Source of the DNA: Podarcis tiliguerta
Lineage: Eukaryota
Direction: 5' to 3' (one strand)
Assembly: GCA_965153285.1 (NCBI GenBank)
Contig: OZ229120.1
Length of the DNA stretch: 64,000 nucleotides
Part shown: positions 38,881 through 50,749 of the stretch, piece after piece
How positions within the stretch are numbered: position 1 is the first letter of the stretch
Layout: each line of letters begins with the position of its first letter
Notes under the pieces: generated by a model
What the model saw: only the letters and a program-made list of their open reading frames with translations
What the model was told of the DNA's origin: nothing
Databases searched by the model: none
Position numbers and translations under genes: made by a program

Positions 38881-39752
38881 AAAAATGAAAATACCTTCAT
38901 TAAGCCATCACAACATAGCATGTAGGCTTTCAGTTTCAATAGGGTGTAGGCTTTCAGTAACTCTGAAGCTTGCACACTGTTTTGTGATTTGGTTGGCCTA
39001 ACAAAGATATTTACACATAGTTGTTAAAAATCCAATATAACCTATGTGTATTTTGTCATTCAGCGTACTGTGGTTCCTCCAGCAATAAGCTATGTGAATG
39101 GAAAATGTCAGTAGGCTGGACGCCGAAAGCTTAGTAATGAAGGACTGAAAGTTGTATCACTGGTTTAATATTTTGTGAGGTTTTTATGATAGAAGTGCAT
39201 TTGGTGGTGAGTTCTAAGGCTTAAACATGCCTTGAGAACAGTTTTAAAGAGTGAATGTGTAAGCAGGAAATGAGCTACTTTAATTATAGAGCAATGGGGT
39301 GAAGATAGAGAATGTTTACACCTGGTAATTTTATTGCAAAATAAAGCTGCAACTGTTCCTCAGTTGTTGCGTGGGAACCTTCCCCTCCCCCCCCTTTAGC
39401 AGGCTGCTGCCTCTCTGCTGCAACAATAAATTTATCCTAGAGCCCAAGAGCAGTTTTTCATGCTAGGAATATGTTTGTTTGTTTGTTTTACTTTCCTCCC
39501 TCTCCTCTCCTTGACTTCACCTCCACAATCTATCCTGGAGATTCTTCTAACCCTCCAGAACACATTTGGTGTGGGTACAGGGCATGCAGAGGAAAGGAGG
39601 GAGGAAGTCCCATTTTGTGCTATTAAAAATGTTACTGTTTCCCTGATCCTGGTGTGCAGCACTCAAGCAACCCACAGTTGGTTGGGTTACATTTAATGAC
39701 AATCAAACAGAACACACTTGGGGACCAGGGAAGAAGGAAGACTCATTCTTGT

Positions 39753-40012
39753 GGTGTAGCCAGTGTGGTGTAGTGGTTAAAAGTGGTAGTCTCGTAATCT
39801 GGTGAACTGGGTTCGCGTCTCCGCTCCTCCACATGCAGCTGCTGGGTGACCTTGGGCTAGTCACACTTCTTCGAAGTCTCTCAGCCCCACTCACCTCACA
39901 GAGTGTTTGTTGTGGGGGAGGAAGGGAAAGGAGAATGTTAGCCGCTTTGAGACTCCTTAAAGGGAGTGAAAGGCGGGATATCAAATCCAAACTCTTCTCT
40001 TCTTCTTCTTCT
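39753..40012 (+). mobile_element. Well-preserved CORE (Squam3-like) SINE with (CTT)n tail
   Basis: A box TGGTGTAGTGGTTAA, B box GGTTCGCGTCTC, CORE motif TGGGTGACCTTGGGCTAGTCAC, retained CpGs and a TCTTCTTCTT tail. Confidence 0.88.
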
Positions 40013-41180
40013 AATGCCTTGTCAAGTCATTACACCCTGACACATCCTCTGAAATAATCTGGTGAAAAAAGTAACCCTAACTGAGTAGAGAAATAAAAGA
40101 AAGCTAACCTGACTGTCTCCCCTTCCCCAGTTAGTGGTACTAGTCTATACTTACATTAACATTTGAACATACAGGTGTCTCATGACTGCTCTCCCTGACT
40201 CTTCCCATTATACTAGCACTGGGTGTGTGATGAAGGAAAAAGTCAATAAGAACACGAGGAAAGAATTTTCATCCATTGCTTTGTGCGAATGTAATTTGCA
40301 ATATTAAAATTTTCTACACTTTCAACATCCTTTCTACCTGGTACTTTTAGAGGCAGGATTATTTTTTTAAATGGTTGGAAAGCACAGAGAATGGAAATGT
40401 TCTTGCTGAGCAAACAATAAATGCAAGTACCTTCCTACTCCCCCCCCCAAAAAAAAATGAATGCAGACTTGCTGCTTGAAAAGAATTATCATTACGGCGT
40501 TTAAATTAACTTCTGTACCTAAAGGGGATTTAACTTAAAGGAGAGACTTGTTCCTTCCCCCCCAAAAAAACTCTGTATATATGACGTGCCTATGGAGCAA
40601 GTCCACTGTAATAGCACATGCACTCAGACTTCCAGCTTCCCTCCTTCCCTCTTTATGAATTTCCTCTGTTTCCATTATTTCATCTCTTTCCCCCAGCATA
40701 TCTTGTCAAGCCATCTGTATGCGGCCACATAATTTCCTAACCATCCTGCATAGCTTTGGAGCAAAACATTACACAGCTAAAAGGAAGCTGATGAATGCTT
40801 TAGTGTGAAAAGCCAAATAGCATAGGTTAGTCCTTGAACTAAATAAACTGAGTAACTCTAGTTAAACCATGACTGTAAAAACAACAACACATAGTAGTAT
40901 CCTTGTGCTTTGAATTCAGGACTTTTCTGTAGAAGTACAGAATTGTGCATTCTTTTTTTACCATAAACGTTCTAAGTATACAGTCATCCAAATTTTATAC
41001 TATATGTGGATTGAATCATCACAGAAAACACAGCCCAGGTGATTATTTTTTTCTTGAAGGAGGTGGTGGTAAATATTTCCCATTTCTTAGTCATGTGAAG
41101 GGTTAAAAAAAAGGGCTAAACATTCATACATTTTCAACAAAAACCTGGTTAAAATAGGGTGTGCATAAGTCAGCTATAGT

Positions 41181-41243
41181 GGGACGTGGGTGCAAGTCTG
41201 GCAAGACTGGTCCGTACGGGCAGGGGTACCTTTACCTTTACTT
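41181..41243 (+). mobile_element. Internally deleted mini Sauria SINE
   Basis: GGGACGTGGGTG head joined to the CAAGACTGGTCCGTACGGGCAGGGGTACCTTTACCTTTA tail. Perfect 13-bp TSD TAAGTCAGCTATA at 41166-41178 and 41244-41256. Confidence 0.92.
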
Positions 41244-41360
41244 TAAGTCAGCTATATTCATTGCACATACTAGTCTTCTCATGCTTGTTCAATTAACACA
41301 TGGAGAGTAGTGTGAGGATACTTACTGTCCTTGGCTCTGTCCATGGGGCGAAACATAAGA

Positions 41361-41490
41361 AATGGAATGTGTGTAGACGAGGGCAACTGAGATGATCAAG
41401 GGTCTGGAAACCAAGCCTTATGAGGAATGGTTGATGGAGTTGGGTATGTTTAGCTGGTAAAGATGCGACTCTACAATTCCATGATTCTAT
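41361..41490 (+). mobile_element. CR1 fragment with an internal deletion to the tail
   Basis: GAGGGCAACTGAGATGATCAAGGGTCTGGAAACCAAGCCTTATGAGGAA (CR1 ORF2-like), then an abrupt jump to CTCTACAATTCCATGATTCTAT. Confidence 0.8.
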
Positions 41491-44400
41491 AATGTTCCAT
41501 CAAGTGGGCAGAGGCTGGAGGACAGGGCTGGTTTGAACACGCGGAGGGATCCATGAAAAGAGGGCTTCTGTGGAATGGTTGTGTTCAAACATGACTGGGG
41601 GGTTTACACTTTACAGTGTTAAAAGAATGTGTATTCCTATTTGATAGTGTCTTCAAGTGTCCTTTCTATAATCCAATCACTTCCTACTTTTATTTCAATC
41701 TCTAAATTTTCTCCCTTAGCGAGTTCCACTAGCATTTAAAAGTATCTATTTAATATCCTATTTCTCTCTCTCTCAGCTTGCTTTCGTATTAAGCCTTTGG
41801 GAAAGAGATGCCTTTCTTGAAATGCCTGTGGAAATACCGATCTTACCCACGCCGACCACTGAATTCAGGTTGACTCCAAATGAAAAATAAATTATCAGGT
41901 GTGCACTTCATGTGAAACCAGCACTAGGTCTCAAATCTGAATCTAAATCAAACCACGATCATGTCAAATTGCTGCGCGTTTATGTTACTATGTCTTTAAA
42001 CCTCACTGTGGGAAGAAACATCTTGCAGCATTTGCTGTTTCCAAGTTTAATTGGTTTTATCTGTTTCTATCATCACCACCTTATCTCCACAGACAGTTGC
42101 ACAGATAACATTTGGAGATGAGAATTCAAGTCCAGCCACACAATGTCATCTGACAATTAAATGTTATTTGATAGTTCTGTCTGCATCTCGGGAGCTGCAG
42201 CATTTCCATCTCTGGTTGATAGTCTTTATAGCATCATAAAAGTGTTCTCAGGGGAAATCTGGATTTGGATGACTTTCCGAATGGGAAATAGGTAGAAAAA
42301 TCCTGAGTAAAATGCAGGTCAGACTCCAGTAGCAAGTATAATAATTGGCTATTGGCTGATGACTATGCAGTTCAGGTCTGAAAGAAGTTTGTTTATTTCA
42401 TTGCATTGAATCTTATATCTTTCTGACATGGAAGGTTATATTTAATATTGTGGGAGGGATATTAAATGTTTCAATATTGCTTTTCTTGTGGCTAATTAAA
42501 TTTTCCATGGAAAGGCTATATAGAAAGGTACAGTGTGTTTGAAATCGTTGGCTGCTACTATCTCAAGACATAGACTAAATTAATTGCATTTAGTCCTCCC
42601 TAAGTGATTTACTAGCTGATTAGGCAGTTCTTCTGTTTTCATGGATGTTTTGGCTTTTTTCCTAATGTAGCACTTGATTGAAGAAAAGCAAAGCATTACT
42701 CAAATCTGGGGAGAAAGAATTATGTGACATTTGACTCTCTCTGCCCCCCCCCCCCCGTGTGTGTGTAAGTGTAAGCTGCTGTACGCATCTTTAGGATTGG
42801 CTTATTTCAGAATTTCACCCAGTTCTGACAGTAAGTTTTCCTAAAGGTTTTTTTGTGTGCTTTAAAATGAAATGTGGAACCATCATACTGCATTCTGTTA
42901 TGCTGTATCCTTTAAAATTACACAAAGTTCAGTTGTGCTTTGTACATAGATTAAATTAGCCAATAAATTCTCATTTTTTTGTTTTATGCAAATCAGGGCA
43001 GAAACAATAGGATGACAAATGGGATTGCTAAGTGAAGCAGTGATCAATACAGAGTGCTGTCCATTTGGGTAATGGACATCTCTGTCATATTGGCTGCTAA
43101 AGGATTCCTCTGAGAGTGCGCCATACTACAAAGTATAAACTATAAAGAACTCTTAGTATAAGTTTCATAAATACAAAGCTCCAGAGGCCAGTTTTTCAGA
43201 TGCTAGGTTTAAATGCTTCCTCCAAATTTATTGATGGTTTCCACAAATGTCGCCAAAGGAAAAGAGCAAGGTTTAGGATCTTACCTTGCTAGCTTCTCAA
43301 ATCAAGGTTTTCTTTGCATGATAGCAGACTAATATATTTCCTAAGATGTATTTCCTCACGTTGTGACCAGATTTTGTAGTATTTCACAATAAGTTACTAC
43401 CAAGGCACATGGCTGCATTCAGATAATCCTCCAGATTTTATTTGACTCTGTGTTACAGTTCCCCCTACTTGCAGCAAACCACAGGTTGCTGTTATATTTG
43501 AACTGACATCAGAATGAAACCCTGATAAATTCTGTAAATCAAACTGTAGAAGTGATTTGCCAAGTGACAAACCTTCTCTTTTGAAATTAGTGGCCAAAAT
43601 GTTATTTATTACATACAAGTGCTTAGTTCTAGAATTATTGATTGGATGCAAAGCATAATGTGACATTTTTAGAGTGCTACAGTTTTCTGAAGTGTGGTTT
43701 TCCAAAAATGTTTTCAGATTCCTTACATAAAGAAGTCAATCATTCATAGACACTAAATTTATTTCATCAGTAGCCACCCACTGATTTCTGATACTCTCGT
43801 GTTCACAACAAACCTTGTCTCATCACTTACTGCTTTCAGACAATTATCCAAGTTTCCTAATAAACTTCAAACTTATTACAGCTATCTCAAAACTACACAT
43901 TGGAATCCCACATCATTCCATTATCCCCCCCCCCAACCCTCTTCCAGTAATTTGAACAAAAGGAGGAAAACCTGTGACTCAGGTGTGGTGAGTGGGGAGG
44001 GACACATCTGTCAGCAAGCATATTAAGTAAAGCTTCTTCCTGTGTAGTAAACAGAAGTTTTGATTTCAGTGGTAACAAAACAATGCCTTATAAATTAAAG
44101 CTCACACCATTAATATATTTAGGAGTGAATGTTTGAGGGCAGGACCTATTGCTTAACATGTTTCAGCTTAAACATGGATGCATTTATTGGCTAAAAAAAT
44201 AATCTGATGTTGTATACTCCAATATTTAAAGTGTCTATGCTTGGTTATTTTTAGTAGAAATGCACAGATACATTTCACCATGCTCTTCTTGTTCAAAATT
44301 ATAGTGTTTGTATGTGTGTGCGAGCACAATTGCACATTCTGGATAGTTTGAGGAGCAGGAATTTGGAAAAAAATACTTAGCTCTGAAAGGATTATTATTA

Positions 44401-44743
44401 ATTTATTAAATGTTTACCTTTTGATTTTGAACTAAGTTATTTCCTTCCCTGTTCCCTTCAATTAATCTCCCCCCCCATCCCATTCACCTTCATTCCACAC
44501 TTTGTTTGCAGTATCTATTGTTATGTGAGCACATTCACATTACATGGGATATTTTTGAACTTTGGTAGTTGAACTGAGCTAAAAGAAAATCCTCACACAA
44601 TCACACCTTGTCAATAGGGACACAGGGCTGATGCAGACATAGATCAGCTCATACCTTAACTATAATTCAGAGATTAAGAACAGGTGGGGGAGCCTAAATT
44701 TGTACACAGTTCTTCTATTGGAAACTTAACTATATTTATGTAT

Positions 44744-45092
44744 GGGTGGCACTGTGGGTTAAACCACAGAGCCTAGGACTTGCTGATCAGAAAGGTTGGT
44801 GGTTCAAATCCCCGCGACGGGGTGAGCTCCCGTTTCTTGGTCCCTGCTCCTGCCAACCCAGCAGTTCGAAAGCACGTCAAAGTGCAAGTAGATAAATAGG
44901 TACCACTCCAGCGGGAAGGCAAACGACATTTACGTGCACTGCTCTGGTTCACCAGAAGTGGCTTAGTCATGCTGGCCACATGACCCGGAAGCTGTATGCC
45001 GGCTCCCTTGGCCAGTAAAGCCAGATGAGCGTCGCAACCCCAGAGTCGTCCGTGACTGAACCTAATGGTCAGGGGTCCCTTTGCCTTTACCT
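44744..45092 (+). mobile_element. Sauria SINE (Podarcis-type), near full length
   Basis: GGGTGGCACTGTGGGTTAAACCACAGAGCCTAGG head, GGTTCAAATCC B box, AAGTGCAAGTAGATAAATAGGTACC core and GGGGTCCCTTTGCCTTTACC tail. Confidence 0.95.
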
Positions 45093-45119
45093 ATCCCTCC
45101 TTTTGACTTGTTAATGAAA

Positions 45120-45900
45120 TGTCTAAAGCAATTAGCCCATTAAAAAAAATGACAATATAACAATTTGAAAACAGAAAAGCACAACAAGTTTTTAAAAAGT
45201 TATTGGGAGGAAAAACCAAATTGCATAAGGGAGGTCAAAGGGTTGCTGAAAGAAGAAAACAAGTACTGTATAAGAAAAAACAACTAAGGAGAGAGCACAC
45301 TTCTGATGGCGATGGTAAACATTGAATGGCCTCTCCTGCTAAATGTAGCAGATGGAATTTGCCAGAGCAGTTCAGCTTTGAAGGTGATACCCGGCACTTT
45401 GACTTGATCCCAGAAATGTTCTAGCAGCCACAGCAGCTGGTATAAAAGAAGAGTTGTGCCAGCGCCCATTAAGGAGTTGTGCTGCTGTGTTTTGAACCAG
45501 CAGAAGTTCGTGAACAGTCTTCTAAGGCAGTCCTATGTTCAGCATGTTACAGTAATCCCATAAGTTTTGGTTTGTTAGTCTCATCTAGCCCATCACCAGT
45601 TTTGGACAGTGGTTCAGAATCCTCACTGCTTCTGCACGGAGTTAGATATAAAGCGTAAGTAGATCTGCATATTGTCAGCATATTGATGACAGAAGATTCC
45701 AGGTGATGCCCTCTATTTGTTTCCTGTATATGTTGAACAGCAAGATGGAATCCTGCTAGACAGCAAGTGGAAGTTTCTTGCACCACAATCTTCTAGGCAT
45801 ATTTCTCGGGGTCCCATCTGAAGCAAGCAGCCCAGAAGGAGACTGTGACAGACAGTATTGAAAGCTGCTATGACATCCAGCAGAACCAATTGGGGCACAC
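45120..45900 (-). mobile_element. Highly decayed L2 LINE fragment
   Basis: ORF 45713..45988 contains LVLLDVIAAFNTVCH, resembling the L2 reverse-transcriptase motif LLDLSAAFDTVDH. An A-rich tail-like stretch lies near 45140. Confidence 0.6.
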
Positions 45901-47004
45901 TCTCATTCCTGGCATAGATAACCTGCCAGGGCAACCAATTCCATCTCAGCAATCTGAAACTAGACGAAAAAACAAATAAAAAATGCATCCATGTAATCTA
46001 TTTAATTCGGGGGGGGGGGGGGAATAACTGGGTTTTTACATTCCATGCAACACCTTATACAAAAATGGAGTATTATAATCTGTCTGGAAATTATCCACTA
46101 TGATGGTCCAGTAAGGATTTTTACCACAGCTGCTTTAAAATGTGTTAGTATTTTCCCTTCTCTCAAGTAAACAGATATCACCACCCCCCACTTCCCACTC
46201 AGCTACTGACCTCTGTCTGCCTTCAGCAAGGGAGGGTCAAGGGTCAAGCACACAAGTGTTGACCTCATCCTCTAAGAATTCTGTTCACATTCTTAGGCTG
46301 TTCAAACGGAACGGTATCCCTAGATACAAGTAGTAGTTAAAGTAACCTTAAGGCATATTTTGAATAACTGTATTTGATGCAGTATTCGAGTTGCAGTGGA
46401 CTTGGCTTGCTATAGATAAGAAATAGGCATTTATATTACTTTGTTTCATTTAACAAAATTTATATAGCACTTCATGGTTTGCAACCAACCACTCCCAGCA
46501 CTAAAATTATCAATAAAAGATGTTACTCTGTCCTGTAGCAGTATTGACCATACTGTCTTATCAGGAGGAGGATAGAAAGACTGACTTATTGTGTATCTTT
46601 TGCCCAACATTTTATTCCATACTACTTTGTTTTATACACAGCTCTGAAATGCACCTTTTATTCTTTTCATAGTACAAATTTATCTGCATATTGGTGTCTT
46701 CCCTTCTAAACTTGTAGAAAAGCTTTTCTGTTTCACATGAATGGAGTGAGATGCATTGGTAGATTACTGGTAGAATCTTTCTCACACAAACCCTATTGAA
46801 ATGAATTGAGAACACAGAAATCCAGTGTCTGAGGAATTATACCCAAAATATGCAGTGGGAAATAAGTGGAAGGGGGAATAAAACATGCATATACAGTGTG
46901 ATCAAGAGAATGTATGTTGTTTTATGTTCCAGCATTTAATTTGACCACAAGCTATTGTTGTTCTTAATTTTTTTCTCCTTTTTTAAAAAACCCCCCTTAG
47001 ATTT

Positions 47005-47625
47005 ATCATAGAATTGTAGAGGTGGAAGAGACACTGAGGGTCATCTAGTCCAACCCTGTGCAATGCAGAAATCTCAGCTAAAGCATTAATGACAGATGGC
47101 CATCCAACCCTCTGATTAAAAACCTCCAAGAAAGAAGAGCCCACCATTTTATGAGGGAGTCTGTTCCATGGTCATACAGTTCTTACCATCTGAAAGTTCT
47201 TATTGCTTAATTGGAATCTCCTTTCTTGTAACTTGAAGTCATTACTTCAGATCCTACCCTCTGGAACAGAAAAAAAACCAAGCTTGCTCCATCCTCCATG
47301 TGACAGCCCTCTTAATTTCAGGTTCTTGGGTTCAAGCCCCACAGTGGGCAAAAGATTCCTTCATTGCAAAGGGTTGGACTAGACGATCCTCGCAGCCCCT
47401 TCTAACTCTATGATTCTATATCTCCTCTCAGTGTCCTCTTGACCAGGCTAAACATATCCAGGTCCCTCAATGGTTTCTCTTAAGGCTTTGTTTCCGGACC
47501 CTGAATCCATCTCAGTTGCCCTCCTCTACGCATGTTCCAGCTTGTAAATATCCTCCTTCAATTGTGGTGCATAGAAATGGACACAGTACTCCAGCTGTGG
47601 TCTGACCAATAGAATAGAGCAGTAC
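47005..47625 (-). mobile_element. CR1 LINE 3' fragment with a nested SINE
   Basis: TCATAGAATTGTAGAG tail; reverse-complement homology to 34720-35075; GGACACAGTACTCCAG is the antisense of the CR1 LEYCVxF motif. Confidence 0.92.
47309..47419 (+). mobile_element. 5'-truncated tRNA-Lys-headed, CR1-tailed SINE
   Basis: CTCTTAATTTCAGGTTCTTGGGTTCAAGCCCCACAGTGGGC (3' half of tRNA-Lys), then GATTCC..CATTGCAAAGGGTTGGACTAGA...ATGATTCTAT. Confidence 0.85.
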
Positions 47626-47730
47626 CTGCTTGGCAAAAGCTTTTCCAGTTCCATACATTTTCTAAGTCAAACTATATAATTCCTTAAAATAATACTTCAA
47701 AATCGTTTTCGTAGGGGAGGGTGGTGATTT

Positions 47731-48063
47731 TAGGAACATAAGAAGCTACCATATATGAGACCATAACTTGAATTCATCTAGCTTAGCATTTATTGTCTTG
47801 GCATGGGGAACTTAGAGCTCTCCAGATGTTGTTGAACTCCAACTCCCATCAGCCCATCCAGCATGGCCAATGGCCAAGTATGTTTTGAGTTGTAGTCCGA
47901 TAACATTTAGAAGACCACACATTTTGCATCCCTGATCAACTCTGGTCAATAGTGGATCTGCAGGGTTTCAGACTGAAATAGTTCCCAGCCCTACTTAAAA
48001 ATTCCAGGGATTGAACCTGTGGTCTTTTGTATGCAAAAGCTTGAGGTCTATCGCTGAGCTACT
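47731..48063 (-). mobile_element. tRNA-derived SINE (family of 54370) with a nested palindromic MITE at ~47800-47933
   Basis: TAGGAACATAAGAAGCT tail and GGGATTGAACC...TGAGCTAC head on the minus strand. Internal TCCAGATGTTG..AACTCCCATC MITE. Confidence 0.8.
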
Positions 48064-48679
48064 GAGTGATGTAAATAGAGCTTGGCTCTATATATACCAT
48101 TTGTGTACTGTGCAAAGTGAGTTGAATGTAGAAATCTCAGCATAAACAGATATTCCGCTTACATATCTGCATGTATACTGTACCTATTTCATTAAAACAG
48201 CTGGGCTGAGTAACATGCCGAGCTACTCATTTATAAGCCTTTGGATTTACTCTGCTACTGTTCCCTTCTAAATGTAGAATGTAATCTTTGCTAATTTGTT
48301 TTCATTGTTTCCTCTTAATGGGACTGACTGCATGTGATCAGCTATTACAGCTAGCTGTCGGATAGATAGTTGAATGCTAATGTTAAGGATATAGTTTGAC
48401 CAGACAGTTCAGGTAGATATTATTAATCTTCAGAACTGCAGTTCCAATATTAATAAGGTTGTAACTTAGGGGCAAACTGGACTTGACTTCTTGTGAGGTT
48501 TGGGTCTGACTGACTTAACTTAAATCTCAAATATAATATTTTATGAATTATACAAATTTAGTGTGTCCAATATAACTGTGGCAGATGGAAAGTACAGGTT
48601 TCTGTTTTAGTGAACAAATGAGATAAGAAAGAATGAGAGTGCAGCTCACGGTTATCTTTGTGTACACAAAGCTTAGGCA

Positions 48680-48872
48680 GGTGACGTTTACCAGATCAGT
48701 CTATCTATCACAGTAGATATCTATTGGTAGATATCCATCTACCACAGTATTGTATGTTTTGAGTGGGATGTGTCTTTCCAGGTCTCAGACATTGACAAGC
48801 CTTTCCACTGCTACCTTTTTAAAAAAAAAATATTGGTAATTTGAAGATTGAGCCTGAGACCTTTAGTATGCA
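48680..48872 (-). mobile_element. Degenerate tRNA-derived SINE
   Basis: TCCAGGTCTCAGAC...GATTGAGCCTGAGACCTTTAGTATGCAA, colinear with the 47731 copy. Confidence 0.55.
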
Positions 48873-50591
48873 ATACAATTTAATACAACTTGCATAGTTT
48901 TAGAAGTTCCACACCCATCTTTGTCACATTTTGCAACCTAATTTGCAACAAATTATTTTTATACCTAACACCAACAACATTCTTAACACCATTCACTTTT
49001 GCCATCTGCCTTGTTCTCCTCTATTCACTTGTTGACCAATTTTCAGTCTATCTAGTAAAATGGATAAGGTAATTCCCAGCTTTCAGCGACTCTTGTCAAT
49101 ATTGACTGCTGCCAGTGAAATTCAATAATCTAGACGGGCTCCCTGCTGTTTCACGTTTTGTATAGTTAAGGTAGGGTACCCAACTGCTTGCTTATTACAT
49201 TTTGTAAACTGGTTTCGCTCAGACTGGTCTGGAATACTGATATTGTGGTGAATGTATCCATAGGGGGCATATTCTGCACTATGGGCCTTTGTGCCTGACA
49301 CCTCAGGTCAGACAGCTCAGAATTAATGATAAGATTTAAAAACTAATAGGGTGTTATTTATTACACTGGCCCTGCTTGAGTGAATCCGCTTCCAGTGAAC
49401 TAATGTGATCAGTAGAGATGTATGATAAATTCTCTCTAGCCAGTTCGCCCCCACCCCACCAGTTTTGGGGAAGTAGGTTCAGAATTGCATGCCCTTGTTT
49501 GTGGAGTTACACCACTGCATTAGCAACTTGCCATTCTTCTGTTTTTTTAATTTGATGCTATCGTCAGACTATTGCCCACTTTGCCCAGGTTACCTGTGTA
49601 CAGTAGCACTTACGTATATTTATTAAAATGATGACAAAAGGGAGTCTTGATATGACCAAGATTCCCTTTTACATGTTTTCAGTCAATATATACATATATT
49701 GATGGACTTCGGGACAAGAAGAGGAAGTAACTATATCCTGAAAACTATGGCAAACTGTGCTTCTGCCAGTTATAAAATTAATTTTAAAATTCTCGAGAAA
49801 TAATATCAAAGTGAGGGACATCCAGTCTTCTTTCATCATTCACAATTGATTGCCATCTGGTTTTTGGTTTCTTTTTGTGCATCTTTTGCATTAAACTCTG
49901 CAAATTAGTGCTTTATGCTATGTAAGCTCTCTTATCTTCACTTCAGTCTCCTGCCAAAGAAGTTGGGGAAAGCGCAGCTAGGCTCATTTGGTGTTTTTGA
50001 TCAAACAGGCAGGTTTCTTTTTTCCTCTTCTTTAGAATACTGTGCATTTATCTTTGACTTCTGGTGATTTCTTTCTTGCTCAAATTGGGATTGTATCAAA
50101 ATGTGAGTGAATGTCAGCCAGAACGTACATTACGGGCTGTGGGCAACTAACGTTAATTTCAGCACTCTAAAATCTTTTGGCAAGAGATTTCAAAGGAGTA
50201 ATATTGTTGCTGTAACAATGCTGTACCATCTTTATCCTATTACAGAACTGAGAGGGACCCCATGCAGTTGAGCAAAGGATACACAGGAGGCATTGTTTTG
50301 AAAAGCAACCTTTCTGGCAGCTTGTAGAAAAATACATTTCGGATTGGAGGGAAAGGATGATATAACTCCAAAGATTTGCACACAACTGCAGGAGCAGCTG
50401 AATGGAAACTCAGCTGGAAAGAACAAAGAGTGAGAAGAATCGAGCAACAAGGCTTGTTTCACCATAGAATCAATCGCCCCCAAAAGTGAATATCTGTAGC
50501 AGTAAAAATAGTTAGGCTGCTATCTTAGCCCCACTTAACCCGGAAGAAGCCCGTACAGAATTCTGTAGACATGGTTAGTATCGTAGCCTTA

Positions 50592-50749
50592 GTCGTTGAC
50601 TCAGTGGGTCACTGCATCTGACTGTTAACCAGAAGGTTGGTGGCTTGACCCCACCCAGGGATGGCTGTGGGCAGGATTCCTGCATTGTAGGGTATTGGAC
50701 TAGATGGTGCTCAGGGTGCTCTTCCAACTCTACAATTCCATGATTCTAT
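50592..50749 (+). mobile_element. tRNA-Asn-headed, CR1-tailed short SINE
   Basis: CTGTTAACCAGAAGGTTGGTGG...CCCACCCAGGGATG resembles vertebrate tRNA-Asn(GTT). It is followed by GATTCCTGCATTG..TTGGACTAGATG..CTTCCAACTCTACAATTCCATGATTCTAT. Confidence 0.85.

Noticed and set aside
48420-48456. Imperfect ~37-bp palindrome around GAACTGCAGTTC
   Set aside because: Short, AT-rich and too small for a pre-miRNA; plausible by chance.
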